DNA from: Neodothiora populina
Taxonomy: Eukaryota
Reading direction: 5' to 3'
Assembly: GCF_041146345.1 (NCBI RefSeq)
Contig: NW_027191413.1
Span: 496,001 to 560,000 of the forward strand
DNA length: 64,000 bases
The position numbers were made by a program, and so were the translations under genes. The notes beneath the pieces are model-generated. The model saw nothing but the letters and a program-made list of their open reading frames with translations, was not told the origin of the DNA and did not search any database. Positions 25,801-36,895 of the stretch are shown piece after piece (position 1 is the stretch's first letter; the number at the start of each line of letters is the position of its first letter).

Positions 25801-26394
25801 CAAGCACACTGGCCCAGCACCGCTTGTCGTCTGCAAGCCTCCCACTTCAGCCCAATAGCTCATTGAATCCTTCGGCGAGACCATACTCCGTCTGAGACAG
25901 TTTTCAGGATAGAGCTTTTAATTTCATCATTTCGCTGCAAGCCTTCTCACAACTTCTACTGAGTGCGCTCCAGGCAGCGAACCCTTGACTTTTGAATGCA
26001 GATCCTTTGCCTTGGCCGTCAGCTTATCTCAACTTCGGTTGCGTGCCGCATCCACCGTCGAACCCTTCCTGCGGGACATCTGAATAGTCTTCTAGTTTAG
26101 CTGTTGGGGTACTCCTTGCCAAACTTGCGCCTCTGCTTATCTGATCGACATGCGCTGGTGTCGTTCGAGTACTGTACAGCCGTCACTAAGAGATAAGCGA
26201 GTACGTGCAACGTCCATAGATGGAAACTATTCAAGCCATAATCTGGACTCTACGAATGTATCTTCGTTGGGATGGCCATTGAGGATGAGGCAGTGGTCGA
26301 GGCTGGACATAACATGGGAAAGAGTAAGAGCAGAATCAGACGTTCTGTACCAGCTGCGGTGTGCTCTCCGCCATTGAACGTAAATCGTCAGGGC

Positions 26395-28008
26395 TTATAT
26401 CCAGAATTTGCTCCATAATTCAGTCTGCTCTTCCGTTCCTGCGAACTGCTCTAGTGTCAGAAATGGTCTCCTCACAGTGTCACTTATCATTCGTACCTCG
26501 AAATCAACCTCCGTGATGCCCTCGAACCCCTCCTTTAGTGTCGGCGCGCGGTAACGAGATGCGAAGCTGGTAAAAGCGACTTTTGGCAGACCTAATCTTG
26601 CTTCTGGGTTCATCTGGCATTGAGAAATGATTGTTAGCGCGAGACAAGGTTTCCATATCGAAAGTCGATCACTTACCGAGCTGCCACCTAGCGAGCGTAC
26701 TGCATCATTGTGTTCGCACAGCCTAGCGGAAGCAGTGAACAGAACGCAATGCGTAGGTATCTTGAATCTGGAAGCTAAGTCGACCCAATGCGCTCTTGTA
26801 TCAATGTCTGCATTTGTATTATCGATTGCAACTGGCTTGCCTTGTGCCAGACTATGCTCGGCAGCTTGCATGCATGCTCGGCGGGAACCAAGCTTGTCTT
26901 GATTGATGCGCTCGTAGCCAAGTGGTTCAAGATGCTTCCAAAAGAAAGTCGATTTACCAGCCCCTGGGCTGCCACAGAAAACAATAACATTGAGCGGATT
27001 CTTTGAAGCGAAGTTGAGTATCGGCGTCAATGATTTATATGAACCTTTTGTTGCCAGAACAATGGATGGATCGAAGACCCTTGCAAAAGGCCTTACCTCC
27101 TCGTCGAGGAAGAATTCTTCTGGCGTCGAAAATCTGATACCGATGTTGCTTGCAAGGTCTCTGTCAGAGCATGCAAAGTCGGCCTTATACATACCACTGG
27201 CTGTACGACCTCCTGCATCACCAACGAACACAGACGCCTGCATGTCTATATTCGCCAACTGTAGGGCTTGGTCTTGAAGCAAATTCTCCCACATACCGAC
27301 TCTAGGCTTCCGATATCTATCTTTCTCAGTAGCGGCATACAAGGACACCGGCAGGTCGAGTTGATTCAGCACTGCTTTGACCTTTTGCTTGAAGTTCACG
27401 AGCCTTTTTTGATCGCTCTTCACAGTCTTTGATTTCGTGTTAAGGCTGATGCCACCTTGATTACTGATAATCGCCACGAGATATCTGGAGGGTCAGTTTT
27501 CGCGCCCAAGATGCTTTGCTTTAGGATGCGTGAACGAACCCATCTGCAACCATTTGTTGTAGTTTCGTGGGGACATGAGGGTGCCACCATTTCCAGTCTT
27601 CTGCAGCTTGAGCAAATTTCTTGCCGGATGCTGATGTGATTAATGTTGAGTCCTTTCATATATCAGCGGACAATAAAATCAACATTGTTATGACAAGGTG
27701 ATCATACAAAATCGAAGAGTGCTACTTTCCGAGGCTTTTCGCTCGCGAATTCGTCGACCTTGTCGAAATTACAGACGAGCAGTGAATTATCGACAACACG
27801 CCAAGTAGTTTTATCTGGTTCCTTCTGAGAAGCCGGCTTAAAGAAATTGGCAATAGCTGAATCTGGACAATCGTTAAACATGATATGCTCTCGATGTGCT
27901 GCACGAATTGTACTGACTTGTGGTAGTGGCTTGTATCAATGTACGTTTGGTGGGTGGCGGCGAGACACTACCGTCCTCTGTGGCTCTACGCTTCAAGGAG
28001 GGAGACAT
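26395..28008 (-). CDS. pnk1: Bifunctional polynucleotide 5'-kinase/3'-phosphatase (about 6 exons)
   Basis: HAD motif FDFDSTL across an intron, ISNQGG, YRKPRVGMW, FVGDAGGR, P-loop GSPGAGKST, IDNTN. Confidence 0.93.
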
Positions 28009-28995
28009 GCTCGCACTTGACCATCGGCCCAGGCGAGTCGGCGATAGAGGGTTGAAGGTAGGCAATAACTTAGATCTTCTCAATGTATGTGTAAGCCATA
28101 TCATCCGTATCTCTATGTTGGAAATCGTGCTTGGCTGGATCCTCTGTATAGAGCCTGGGTACGGTAGTTGTATAATGCTGAATGTGTATCCTCTGAGCCT
28201 GACTTGTGATATGTGTCTATGTTCATCAATAAATCGTGATTATACAGGTACTATAAGGAAATCGCGTCACGGGGTCACGTGGAGTAATATGATTCGAAAC
28301 GGTATACGCTTTAATTACACGATGAATAAGATACGCAACGGCAAGTCTCCGAGTACATATCCATGGTACACTCGGTAAGGTAGTCGCAACACGCACGTCA
28401 ACTTGCTCAGTGCGGTACGAGAACACTTTTATACGACTTGCACTGGTGGTGTCTAAGATGAATCACAACTAGCAAATATGTGGTGGACGGCATCCTCCTG
28501 TGATAATTTCTTGTAAGGATTTCGTCGACTATGGCCGACCCCCACTTTAGTAGTCTCGCTCGGACAAGTTTTTGCTTGCGTCTGCACATCCCAGATGGTG
28601 CTTATATAAAGAGGCTTGTATTAGAGACTTCATCCGATCGATGTACACATTTGTCTACAAGAGTTGGTGCAGCGCGAGGTATGCACCCGTCCGACTCCGT
28701 CTCACCATCAAGTACTAAATCGCGGCTGTCGCTAGCACCGCCGTTTAAACAGTGCGAAGTGGGTTCTCGACATGGTCACTATGTGCTGCAACGTGAGAAT
28801 CTGAGGCGATAGTGACAGAATGTAATAACGCGTCAGTTAAGAAGAAATCGTAATCTATAATGGTGTCCTCCCAAAGAGTCCTCCGAGACCCGACCAGATC
28901 AATGGTCTGTCTACACCTGCTTTTTCCGCTGCAGAACAGGATGGTATGGCTTGACTTTTTTGAACAGTAAATGAAAGCATCGTGGTATCTCAAAT

Positions 28996-29440
28996 TCATG
29001 CGAACATGCTCGCGCCTCCGGACTCGATGGCCTCGATCTCAGCCTGGCTCCAAGGAGTTCTTCTGAAGCGTGCAGGAAGGTCGTTGCGGTCGAAGTATTC
29101 GCCATCCTTTGGCTCTACGGGTCCGAGAGACTTGCCAGGGTGACGACCGATGTATCCTCCGTACTGCGCTGCCAATGCTGCAGCACCAGTGCCAAGTGGG
29201 CCGTGTTGCTGAGCCTTCTGCCTGTATGTCGCAAAGCTGTCCGGCAGCTCGTGCGTGGGCGACGCAGGATGAGGTTGAGGTGCGTGGTCAATTTCTATCA
29301 TGGGGCGCACTTGTAAGCCAAAGATCATACAGAAGGCATCACTGAGGCGTGAATAGAGGTGCCCTACGCTTGGGGATGGAGCGTTTTCCAAGGAAACGGA
29401 TCATGGGCTGTCTAGCCAGTAGTACTCGGGTCGCGTTCAT
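28996..29440 (-). CDS. KGD4: Kgd4/Ymr31 (MRPS36 family) alpha-ketoglutarate dehydrogenase adaptor; exons 29368-29440 and 28996-29294
   Basis: PMIRFLGKR N-terminal motif and LPARFRRTPWSQAEIEAIESGGA C-terminal motif. Confidence 0.9.
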
Positions 29441-30047
29441 CGTGAAGAGATATGCTGTTTCGTGCCAGAGTGAATACAGACGGATAACCACGGAAGAGAG
29501 GAGAGTGAGCAAACGCGAGCAAGAAAATGAACTTAAGAGAGACGAGGGTGAGGGGCGATGAGTGGGGAGCAGAGGCGCTGGTGCACGTTGATAAGAGGTG
29601 TGGTGTATTGTCCGTTGTCTCCGGGTAATATCCAAAGCGAAGTCGGGCGCCCCCAAAAGGTGATGTCGGCGTTAGGTGCCTTCCTTCCTTGGGGGACCTC
29701 ACCATGGCTGCTTCCGTTCGTCGCGCAAGGAATCTCATGTAGCCGATCCCCGAATCCTCCCACTTCTCCCACCATTTTCAAGAAAGCACGTCCCTGTTTT
29801 AATGTCTACTTTGTCCCGAGCTACACTACTGCACTGTACTGCACTGTATGGCATGTGAATCTCCGGCTCGGGCCTCAACTCCATATCTAGCAATATTCTA
29901 CCTGTACTCCCGAAAAGGGTAAGCTTTACCTTGACACCTGCTCTGCAACAGACAATCCTTCTACTTAGCGTAAGGGCTGCTATCACGACTTTTCACATTG
30001 CATTGAAACCTACCCATTCCAAGAAAACAAAGCGGGAGGGTTCCGTC

Positions 30048-30832
30048 ATGCATGAACTACTGCTGTATGGCCAGGTGCCAGTGACGCGCTACGAGCAGGT
30101 CCTGAAGATACTCACTGGTGTTGCTGCTATGCAACCACGCGTCTTCTACGAACGCCAGCTCATCTACAAGCCCTTGCGTTCAAGCGAGGAAGCAAAGCCG
30201 AACAAAAGGTTCCCCAGTAAGCCAGTCAAACCTGTACCACTTGCCTATCATCAGGTATTGGAAAGTCTAGTCGAGGACGATTTTGGTAAAGAAATCCAAT
30301 CTGTGGCTTTGCAGAGTGCCCAAGGCAACAGCGAAGCAGTGCAGCGAGTGACGGTCAAGGTGCTTGAGACCCCGGAGCCCGAAACTAAGACTTTCGTGTT
30401 GAGACCGGCCAACGAGCTGGACGCGTCTCAGGAGCTATTGCAAAAGCTCGCCGACCCTGCCAGCTACAGGTAATATTCCTTGCACCCGCGGCAAAGCATT
30501 GACTAACCTGAGATAGCTTTGTGACAGAATTGTTCGTTGAGGGCCATCACCTTGTGCATCAAAATGTCTTGCTCACCCTTTCACGCATGCTCAAGCCCGA
30601 CCAAGCGGAGGTGGTAGCGCCTTCGACTGTTCTGCCAGCCATAGAGTCTCTAAAGCTGTTAGAACCAAGCGGCGCCTTCATTCTCGAGGCCCGAGTTCGG
30701 ATTGAAGATCGTACTAAGCAAAGTCTTCTCTCTTCGGCCTCAGATGAACTCAACGCCTTTCGGGATCTCATGCGAGGTTCTGTTGACATGAGAGTCCCCG
30801 ATCGTCTAGCTTTAGACACACGAGTAAAATAA
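30048..30832 (+). CDS. MED18: Mediator subunit 18 (Srb5); exons 30048-30469 and 30517-30832
   Basis: MHELLLYGQV...LKILTGVAAMQP start and VDMRVPDRLALDTRVK end, typical of fungal Med18. Confidence 0.9.
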
Positions 30833-31482
30833 GCCTCTCTGCTGACTCGACGGTCACACAACCCTTTCCTTTCAATCAGCAATTGAAGAGGACTATGTAA
30901 TTTCCACCAATGTATCTGGTAGGCTGGAATCCACGCCCAAGCCTGAACGCCAAATATGCCAACATATCGCTGTCGAGCATCGGCGGCTAACGCTGTACTG
31001 CTGAGTTGATTGAACAGTCTGACACGTTACGCCTCCCCGGCGTGCAGTCTTGAGGAGACCCTTGTGACATAGGTCAACCTGTCTACAGCAGCTGCACGTT
31101 CGTAATAGAGAATAACCATGCTGACACTTCACTCGTGATGCTACATCGCGGCTCTTCAAGAGGGGGGTTCATAGCGGCGTTGCTCTACGTTCGTACACTT
31201 TTCAAGTTGCGTGGACGGTCCGTTCCCTGAATCCACTACAGACTACTCAAGATGTGCAATAGCCTTTATCCGATTCACTTCCCTGTTCGTGTTGACTTCT
31301 ACCCGAAATGGCACAGAACTACGAAGTCAACGGACCAGACATCAGAATAGAAAAACGTTTTGATTCGTCATGGAGTATCAAGTATTAAATAAGCGCTGAT
31401 GCGTATCGCATACATACAAGTCCTCAATGGGACATTTTCTTGAGCTAGTACGCTCATCGTTAAAAAGGAAGCACAAGACTGT

Positions 31483-33351
31483 CTACTCGGTGACAGAGAG
31501 GCCGCGACGACCACCAGCTGGCCTTGCGGCGGCTTCGTAGTCCGTACCCGAGACATCGGTGATACCGTGCGATGCGGTAGCGGCGGGGACGCTCTCCATG
31601 CGAGCTTCGCTTTCCATACCGGCAGCATCGGCCTTCTTGATTGATCTGGCGCCAGGACCAAGCATTAAAGCATCGGCGGTAACGAGATCTTCGCCCTCCG
31701 GAGGCTCCCACTTGGAACTCTTCCACGGCTTCACGTGCAAGATGTACATGGTGTCAATCTCCTCCAAGGTGCGACCTTGGTGCTCACAGAGGAAGAAATA
31801 GGCGACGAATGAACCGGCAAAGTTGCAAGCGGCGAAGACATATCCGTAGCGGTAATCGATGTCGCCAGTGATGAATGGAGTGAAGAAGGAGATCAGGAAG
31901 TTGAAGACCCAGTTTCCTGACGTGGCGATACCCATAGCCAAAGCTCTGTAACGGGAAGGGTAAAGCTCACCAACGACACACCAGACAATGGGAGCCCAGG
32001 TCATGGCATAACCAGCGATGAAGAGACAAGCGAACACAATCATAGCTGTGCCGGCCCCGGGGCTGTTTTGAGGAGTAACCCTGTCGAGAGAAAAGTGGCC
32101 AACCGATGCAAAGACCATGAAGCAAGCGAACATCCAGAAGCCACCAAAAATCAGGGCCTTGCGTCTACCAAAGTTCTCAACGACGTACAATCCTCCGAAC
32201 GTGCAGCCAAAGTTTACACCTCCCAAAATCATGGCGGTGACGTAACTGTTGTTGATGCCGGTGGCTTGGAAGATAGTTGTTCCGTAGTAGAAGAAGAAGT
32301 TGGCACCAGTAAGTTGTTGGAGGATCTGAAGACCGACTCCAAGGCAGACACGGTACAACATGCGGGGGCCAGTGAAGACCTCATACCAAGGGTGGTTGCC
32401 TCCAGCTTTTTCGACATCAAACTTCTGCTTGATCTCCCTGAATTCTCTGCTGACCTCGAAGTGGTTCTCCGGGGTGCCGTACACATTGGCGATGGTCTTC
32501 TTGGCTCTGGCCAGATTGCCATGGCGGTAGTCCCATCTTGGAGATTCAGGGAGGAAACAGATTCCAACTCCCATGATCAAGGACCAGATGAAACCGATAC
32601 CCATGGGAATACGCCAGGCGCGGGTGTTGGTGTCCTTCTCAGTGCCAAAGTTGATGCAGTCGGCCACGAAGATGCCGAGTGTAATGAAGAGCTGGTAACA
32701 ACTGACCATGGAACCACGGATCTGGCGAGGTGCGGTTTCGGACATGTCTGAATAATGGATTAGCTCAAATTGTTCAGACTTGCTATGTGCCGAAACTTAC
32801 ACATTGGGGTCATGACAGAGAGAGCGCCAACACCAAGACCAGCAACCCATCTGCCAAGAGCAACCTGGTACCACTTGGTAGTGGCCGAGATCTGGACAAT
32901 AACGCCGACACAGAACAAGACATTGCCGTAGACGACACCGACACGACGACCAAAGATATTGGCGATTGGTGCAGCAACGATACAACCGATCAAGGTACCG
33001 ATAGACAGGAGACCGACAATGGTACCAGAGCGGACATTAGTGAACTTTCCATCACTGCCGAAACGCTCAAGGAAGTCCTCCATCTCGAGGAAACCAGAAA
33101 TTTGACCAGTGTCATAACCGAAGATCATACCACCTGAAGGATTCAGGTCAGTAAGATGACTGTTAAGCTATCAAGGGTTCGTATCACTTACCAATACTAA
33201 CAATCAGGATCATAGAGATGACCTCCAAGTTCCAGATATGCGGCTTGGAGTTGTCGAGCTTTTCGAGGTCGTGATCGGCCATAGGTGGGAGAGTGGCATC
33301 GACATCATCCACGTGGGATGAGCGACCCTTGAGTCTTCCCATCAACCCCAT
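31483..33351 (-). CDS. Sugar porter family hexose transporter (3 exons)
   Basis: GGMIFGYDTGQISG, SETAPRQIRG, QLFITLGI, PESPRW, QQLTGANFFFYYG and GRTLEEID motifs. Confidence 0.95.
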
Positions 33352-34168
33352 GATGGTAGATGGTTGAAAGGACTCTTATTCACTTGTCGAAAGTGAGATT
33401 GAATATAGGGGTCAGTGGGTGAGTAAAGTGTGGAGCGAGGAGAGAAGCGCCAAAACAAATGATGAACTGTGGAGGATTTTTTGGGGACTCCGCATGTTCT
33501 TAAGAACAACAGCCATGTGGTAGTGGGCCATGCGGAAAAAACAACCCTGAGGTCATTGAAGGATGGGTTTCGGTCTATGCGCTGACCAAACCAAGTCACA
33601 CGCCTACGATCGTGGAGTTTTGAGACTACTGATCCGCCAGGACCGCGCGAGAATGTTCCACTCAATCGGTTCCCATCGCTGACTCGAGAAAATTTACCGT
33701 CAATTACGGGCCAGCCACGTCATCGGTTTTATGGTGTTGTAGTGTTTGCGAAGGCCAGGATGGGTAGACTTACTAGGTACGGTCTTGCCGTTCAGCGGAC
33801 GCTTCCCATTTGCTCGTTTATAGGGACTATGCACACTATGATTGATACTGAATGCCCCGATCAAGCAAGATCATATCTTGGCAACATCTCGATAAGCTTT
33901 CATCGACGTCATGCTTTCCACATGTCTGCACGTCAAAACATTTCTAAGCGGTTTCAGGCCTCGTGTTGGCATCGCCATTGAAGAAAAAATATCAGTGTAA
34001 TATTACTTGCAGAATAGCTCTTACCAATGCGCAAACATCGCCTAGTTGGCTTATACAAGTATGGTCAAGGCTCCCAGGACACAATTTCCATATCACATGC
34101 CGTTTTACCTTACGTTATTGGACTAGCCGGGGTCATGCATCTGAGTGGTTTAGTCGAGCGATATAACA

Positions 34169-34205
34169 CAACGGATCCGCATGCGCGGCGATTGCGGATC
34201 CGTTG
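34169..34205. repeat. Perfect 13-bp inverted repeat with 11-nt spacer in the transporter upstream region
   Basis: CAACGGATCCGCA (34169-34181) and TGCGGATCCGTTG (34193-34205). Confidence 0.85.
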
Positions 34206-35199
34206 AGCGGCAAGTCAGTTCGTCTGACAGTGTCCGCTGGATTTCGACATTACCATACCTGGTGTCAATTGATCCTGCTAGAACATTCGTGCGACATCTT
34301 GCAGTAACAGGTGATACCTAGCTATCTAAGTGTCTTTACAATACCATGGTCTGACATTCTGCGTCAAAAATCCATGCCGAGCTGCTGATCTTTTGGTCTG
34401 TCGTTAATTCGCTCCGTATGATTACTGTGGAGAGGTCGAGTTCCCATGGGATTAGCAGTGGGGTTTGATTTCGTAGTACACACAGGATTGCGGTACAATC
34501 GGTCCTTCTCACAACTCCACTGGAGACTCCGCAACTCCAGCTGTGGATTAGATTGAGCAACGTGGAGGTCTGAAACGCCAGATTGTGTGCACCGCAATTT
34601 GGGGATCACAGTAGATCCCCTCGAGCAGTTTTCCCCTGCTGCAACGCTGACAACCATTTTACATTGCAACACGACACAATTGACTCTTGACACATGATAG
34701 ATTGTCGCGAGTGATCAAGGACTTATTGAATAACAACAATAGTAACCAACAGCAACGGCTTCCTATAGTCCGCTCGAAGCGGTCCGGCAATGGGCGTTAA
34801 TTCCTGCCATCGGTGACTACCGTCGATGATATGCCGGTGCTTCGAGGGTTTTCACATGCCCATCGAATAGACGCTAGGGCCACCAAAGATGCGCAACTTT
34901 GGGAGAAATACAGGGAGAAATACATTAATATGGCGTACTGGCGTTTCTACCGTCATGGCCACCTTAGTTTTTACCAAGCAATTTAACCGATATACTATGC
35001 TGCTAACATAACCTCAGCTAAGCGAAACCTACTCGCACTATCAAGCAAGCAAAACAAGATGAATCTCCGACTTATCTCACAGAGTCTTTCGGGCGAAACG
35101 AGAGACGCAAAGCTCATTAGCACAGCAATTTTGGGGGCCGCCCTGCTTCGTGCGCGTGATTGATACATATTCATGTGACTAAGATGCCGCAGAAGTAAA

Positions 35200-36541
35200 G
35201 TCCTCCTCCTCGGATTCAATATACTATCTGTGTCCACTTTCAAAGGCTGTCTTCTCAACCCCCGACGGGTATGCCGAGTCTGCCGAAAAGGATTCCACTC
35301 GGATTCGGGGTGTGGGTAAGTTCAGGCAAGCAACGCATGTGGCGGAAGAAGACGCAACCTACTGTACTTGTACAGACGCTCGGCCCGGGAGGCGCATCCC
35401 GTAGCGGGAGTATGCAGCCAGCCACCTCCCTGGGAGTTGACGCCTGATGCTGGATATCCAGGAACAGGGCCACAACAGGGCAGGTAAGCAGTTCGATGAC
35501 AGAAACGTGATAGCAAGTCCGGATGCGCATTTCGGACAGGTCCGCCAGCAGACAGACACTGGCATACAGGCTGACAGGCAAGCTGGTTCGCCGTTCTCTC
35601 CAGTGAGCACGGAGGTACGTTGTGCTGGAACGAACGGCCCCCACGTCTTCTCCACGCGCATCCCCCGGCATCCTAATCATGGGAGACACATCAGTCCACT
35701 CTACCATACCCCGAATAATCCCCTTTGGTCTACCTTTGTGTCTCGCCTGGCTCACTGTGCGCCGACCTCAGCATCCGTTCGTTCTCTCCGCTCCTAACCA
35801 GGCCGCTATAAACGCAAAGATCAGGCCAGGCCAGGCCGTCGTCGTGAAGAACCGGAGTGTGATCCGAGGACCTCCCCATCGAAAAAGGGATCACCCGGTT
35901 TCTCGACTGTCGTGTCTGTATGGCAGTTGCTTTGCATCAAGCAATGCCTTTCCATGCTGTTCTGCTTATGCCTAGCGCTTACTTTCCCGTTCAGAAAACG
36001 CCAGACCTCGCCCGCTGACAGGGTCTCCTTGGAAGAGAGTTTGTTTTTCCTTCTTTGTTTTGAATTTTTCTGCTTCAGAAATCAGACCATGCGGTATGTT
36101 CTCACGATACGGAGGACGGTGAAGATGCCACAGGGATCATCACACCTTCTACCCTAGGTCTCAGGCACGAGGTACCCGCGACTGTGCGGCCTGCCCTCGC
36201 ACTTGCCCTTTCCCTGTCGAACGCTGGTGTACAAGACTTGCATAAGGTGTGCAAGATCGTCATTACTCTTCCTCTTCTCCGAACAAGAAGTCGACGATGG
36301 CCGTAGAAAGAACGAACGGCTTGGAGAAGAGAATTCATCATCCTCTCGCCCTTCGCTGGCGGATATGTATGTTATATAACCTCTCCTTTTCGCCGTGTTC
36401 TCTTCCAACTTGTGGGCGAGGATGGGTTTTCTTTTCGTCCTTTCTCTCATCGCTTCTTCTACCTCTTCGGTGCTGTGTTACCCTTTGTGGTGCGGAGACC
36501 AGTGAGTAGGCACTGTGATGGGTGTATATGCTCTGCGATGA
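35200..36541 (+). ncRNA. Long structured ncRNA, candidate telomerase RNA (TER); boundaries approximate
   Basis: Many nested helices whose G-U pairs work on the + strand; terminal three-way junction with P6.1-like hairpin AGTG-AGTAGG-CACT-G (36501-36515); GTAAGT directly downstream; no credible ORF; canonical template absent. Confidence 0.5.
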
Positions 36542-36895
36542 GTAAGTAGTCGATCGGTACTCTGGCAGGTATGTTCTATTGTCGCAGTTGAGGAGGCAGG
36601 GATCTATTCGTTCTGCAGTTTGACAAGAAGATGCCAAGTGGTGGTCCTACAATATAGTCGTACGTTATCATAAGTGAAGCGGCAGGCACGTGATAACTGG
36701 CTGCAGGACAGGGATTAGGGGATCTTGACTTGGTGAATTATATCGCAGTGCAGTGCAGCATGGTAGGTACCAACGTCTATTTCGAGAAAGCAAGTGTTGG
36801 TATAATACGACTTCGAGTCTATCTGCGATGAATAATACTCTAGCATTGTACGAAATTGCATGGTACTTTTTCCCCCTAATGGTCATATATGGAAG

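Noticed and set aside
25250..26350. Possible decayed gene on the minus strand in the long intergenic region
   Set aside because: Only short stop-riddled frames with no recognisable motif; cannot be supported without a search
35314..36090. RNase P/MRP interpretation of the structured RNA
   Set aside because: GGGTAAGTTCAG and AAATCAGACCA look loosely like CR-I and CR-V but do not form the P4 pairing, and the span is too long
35255..36640. Several 64-166 aa ORFs over the structured region
   Set aside because: No motifs, mostly non-ATG starts and mutually overlapping; better explained by GC-rich RNA helices
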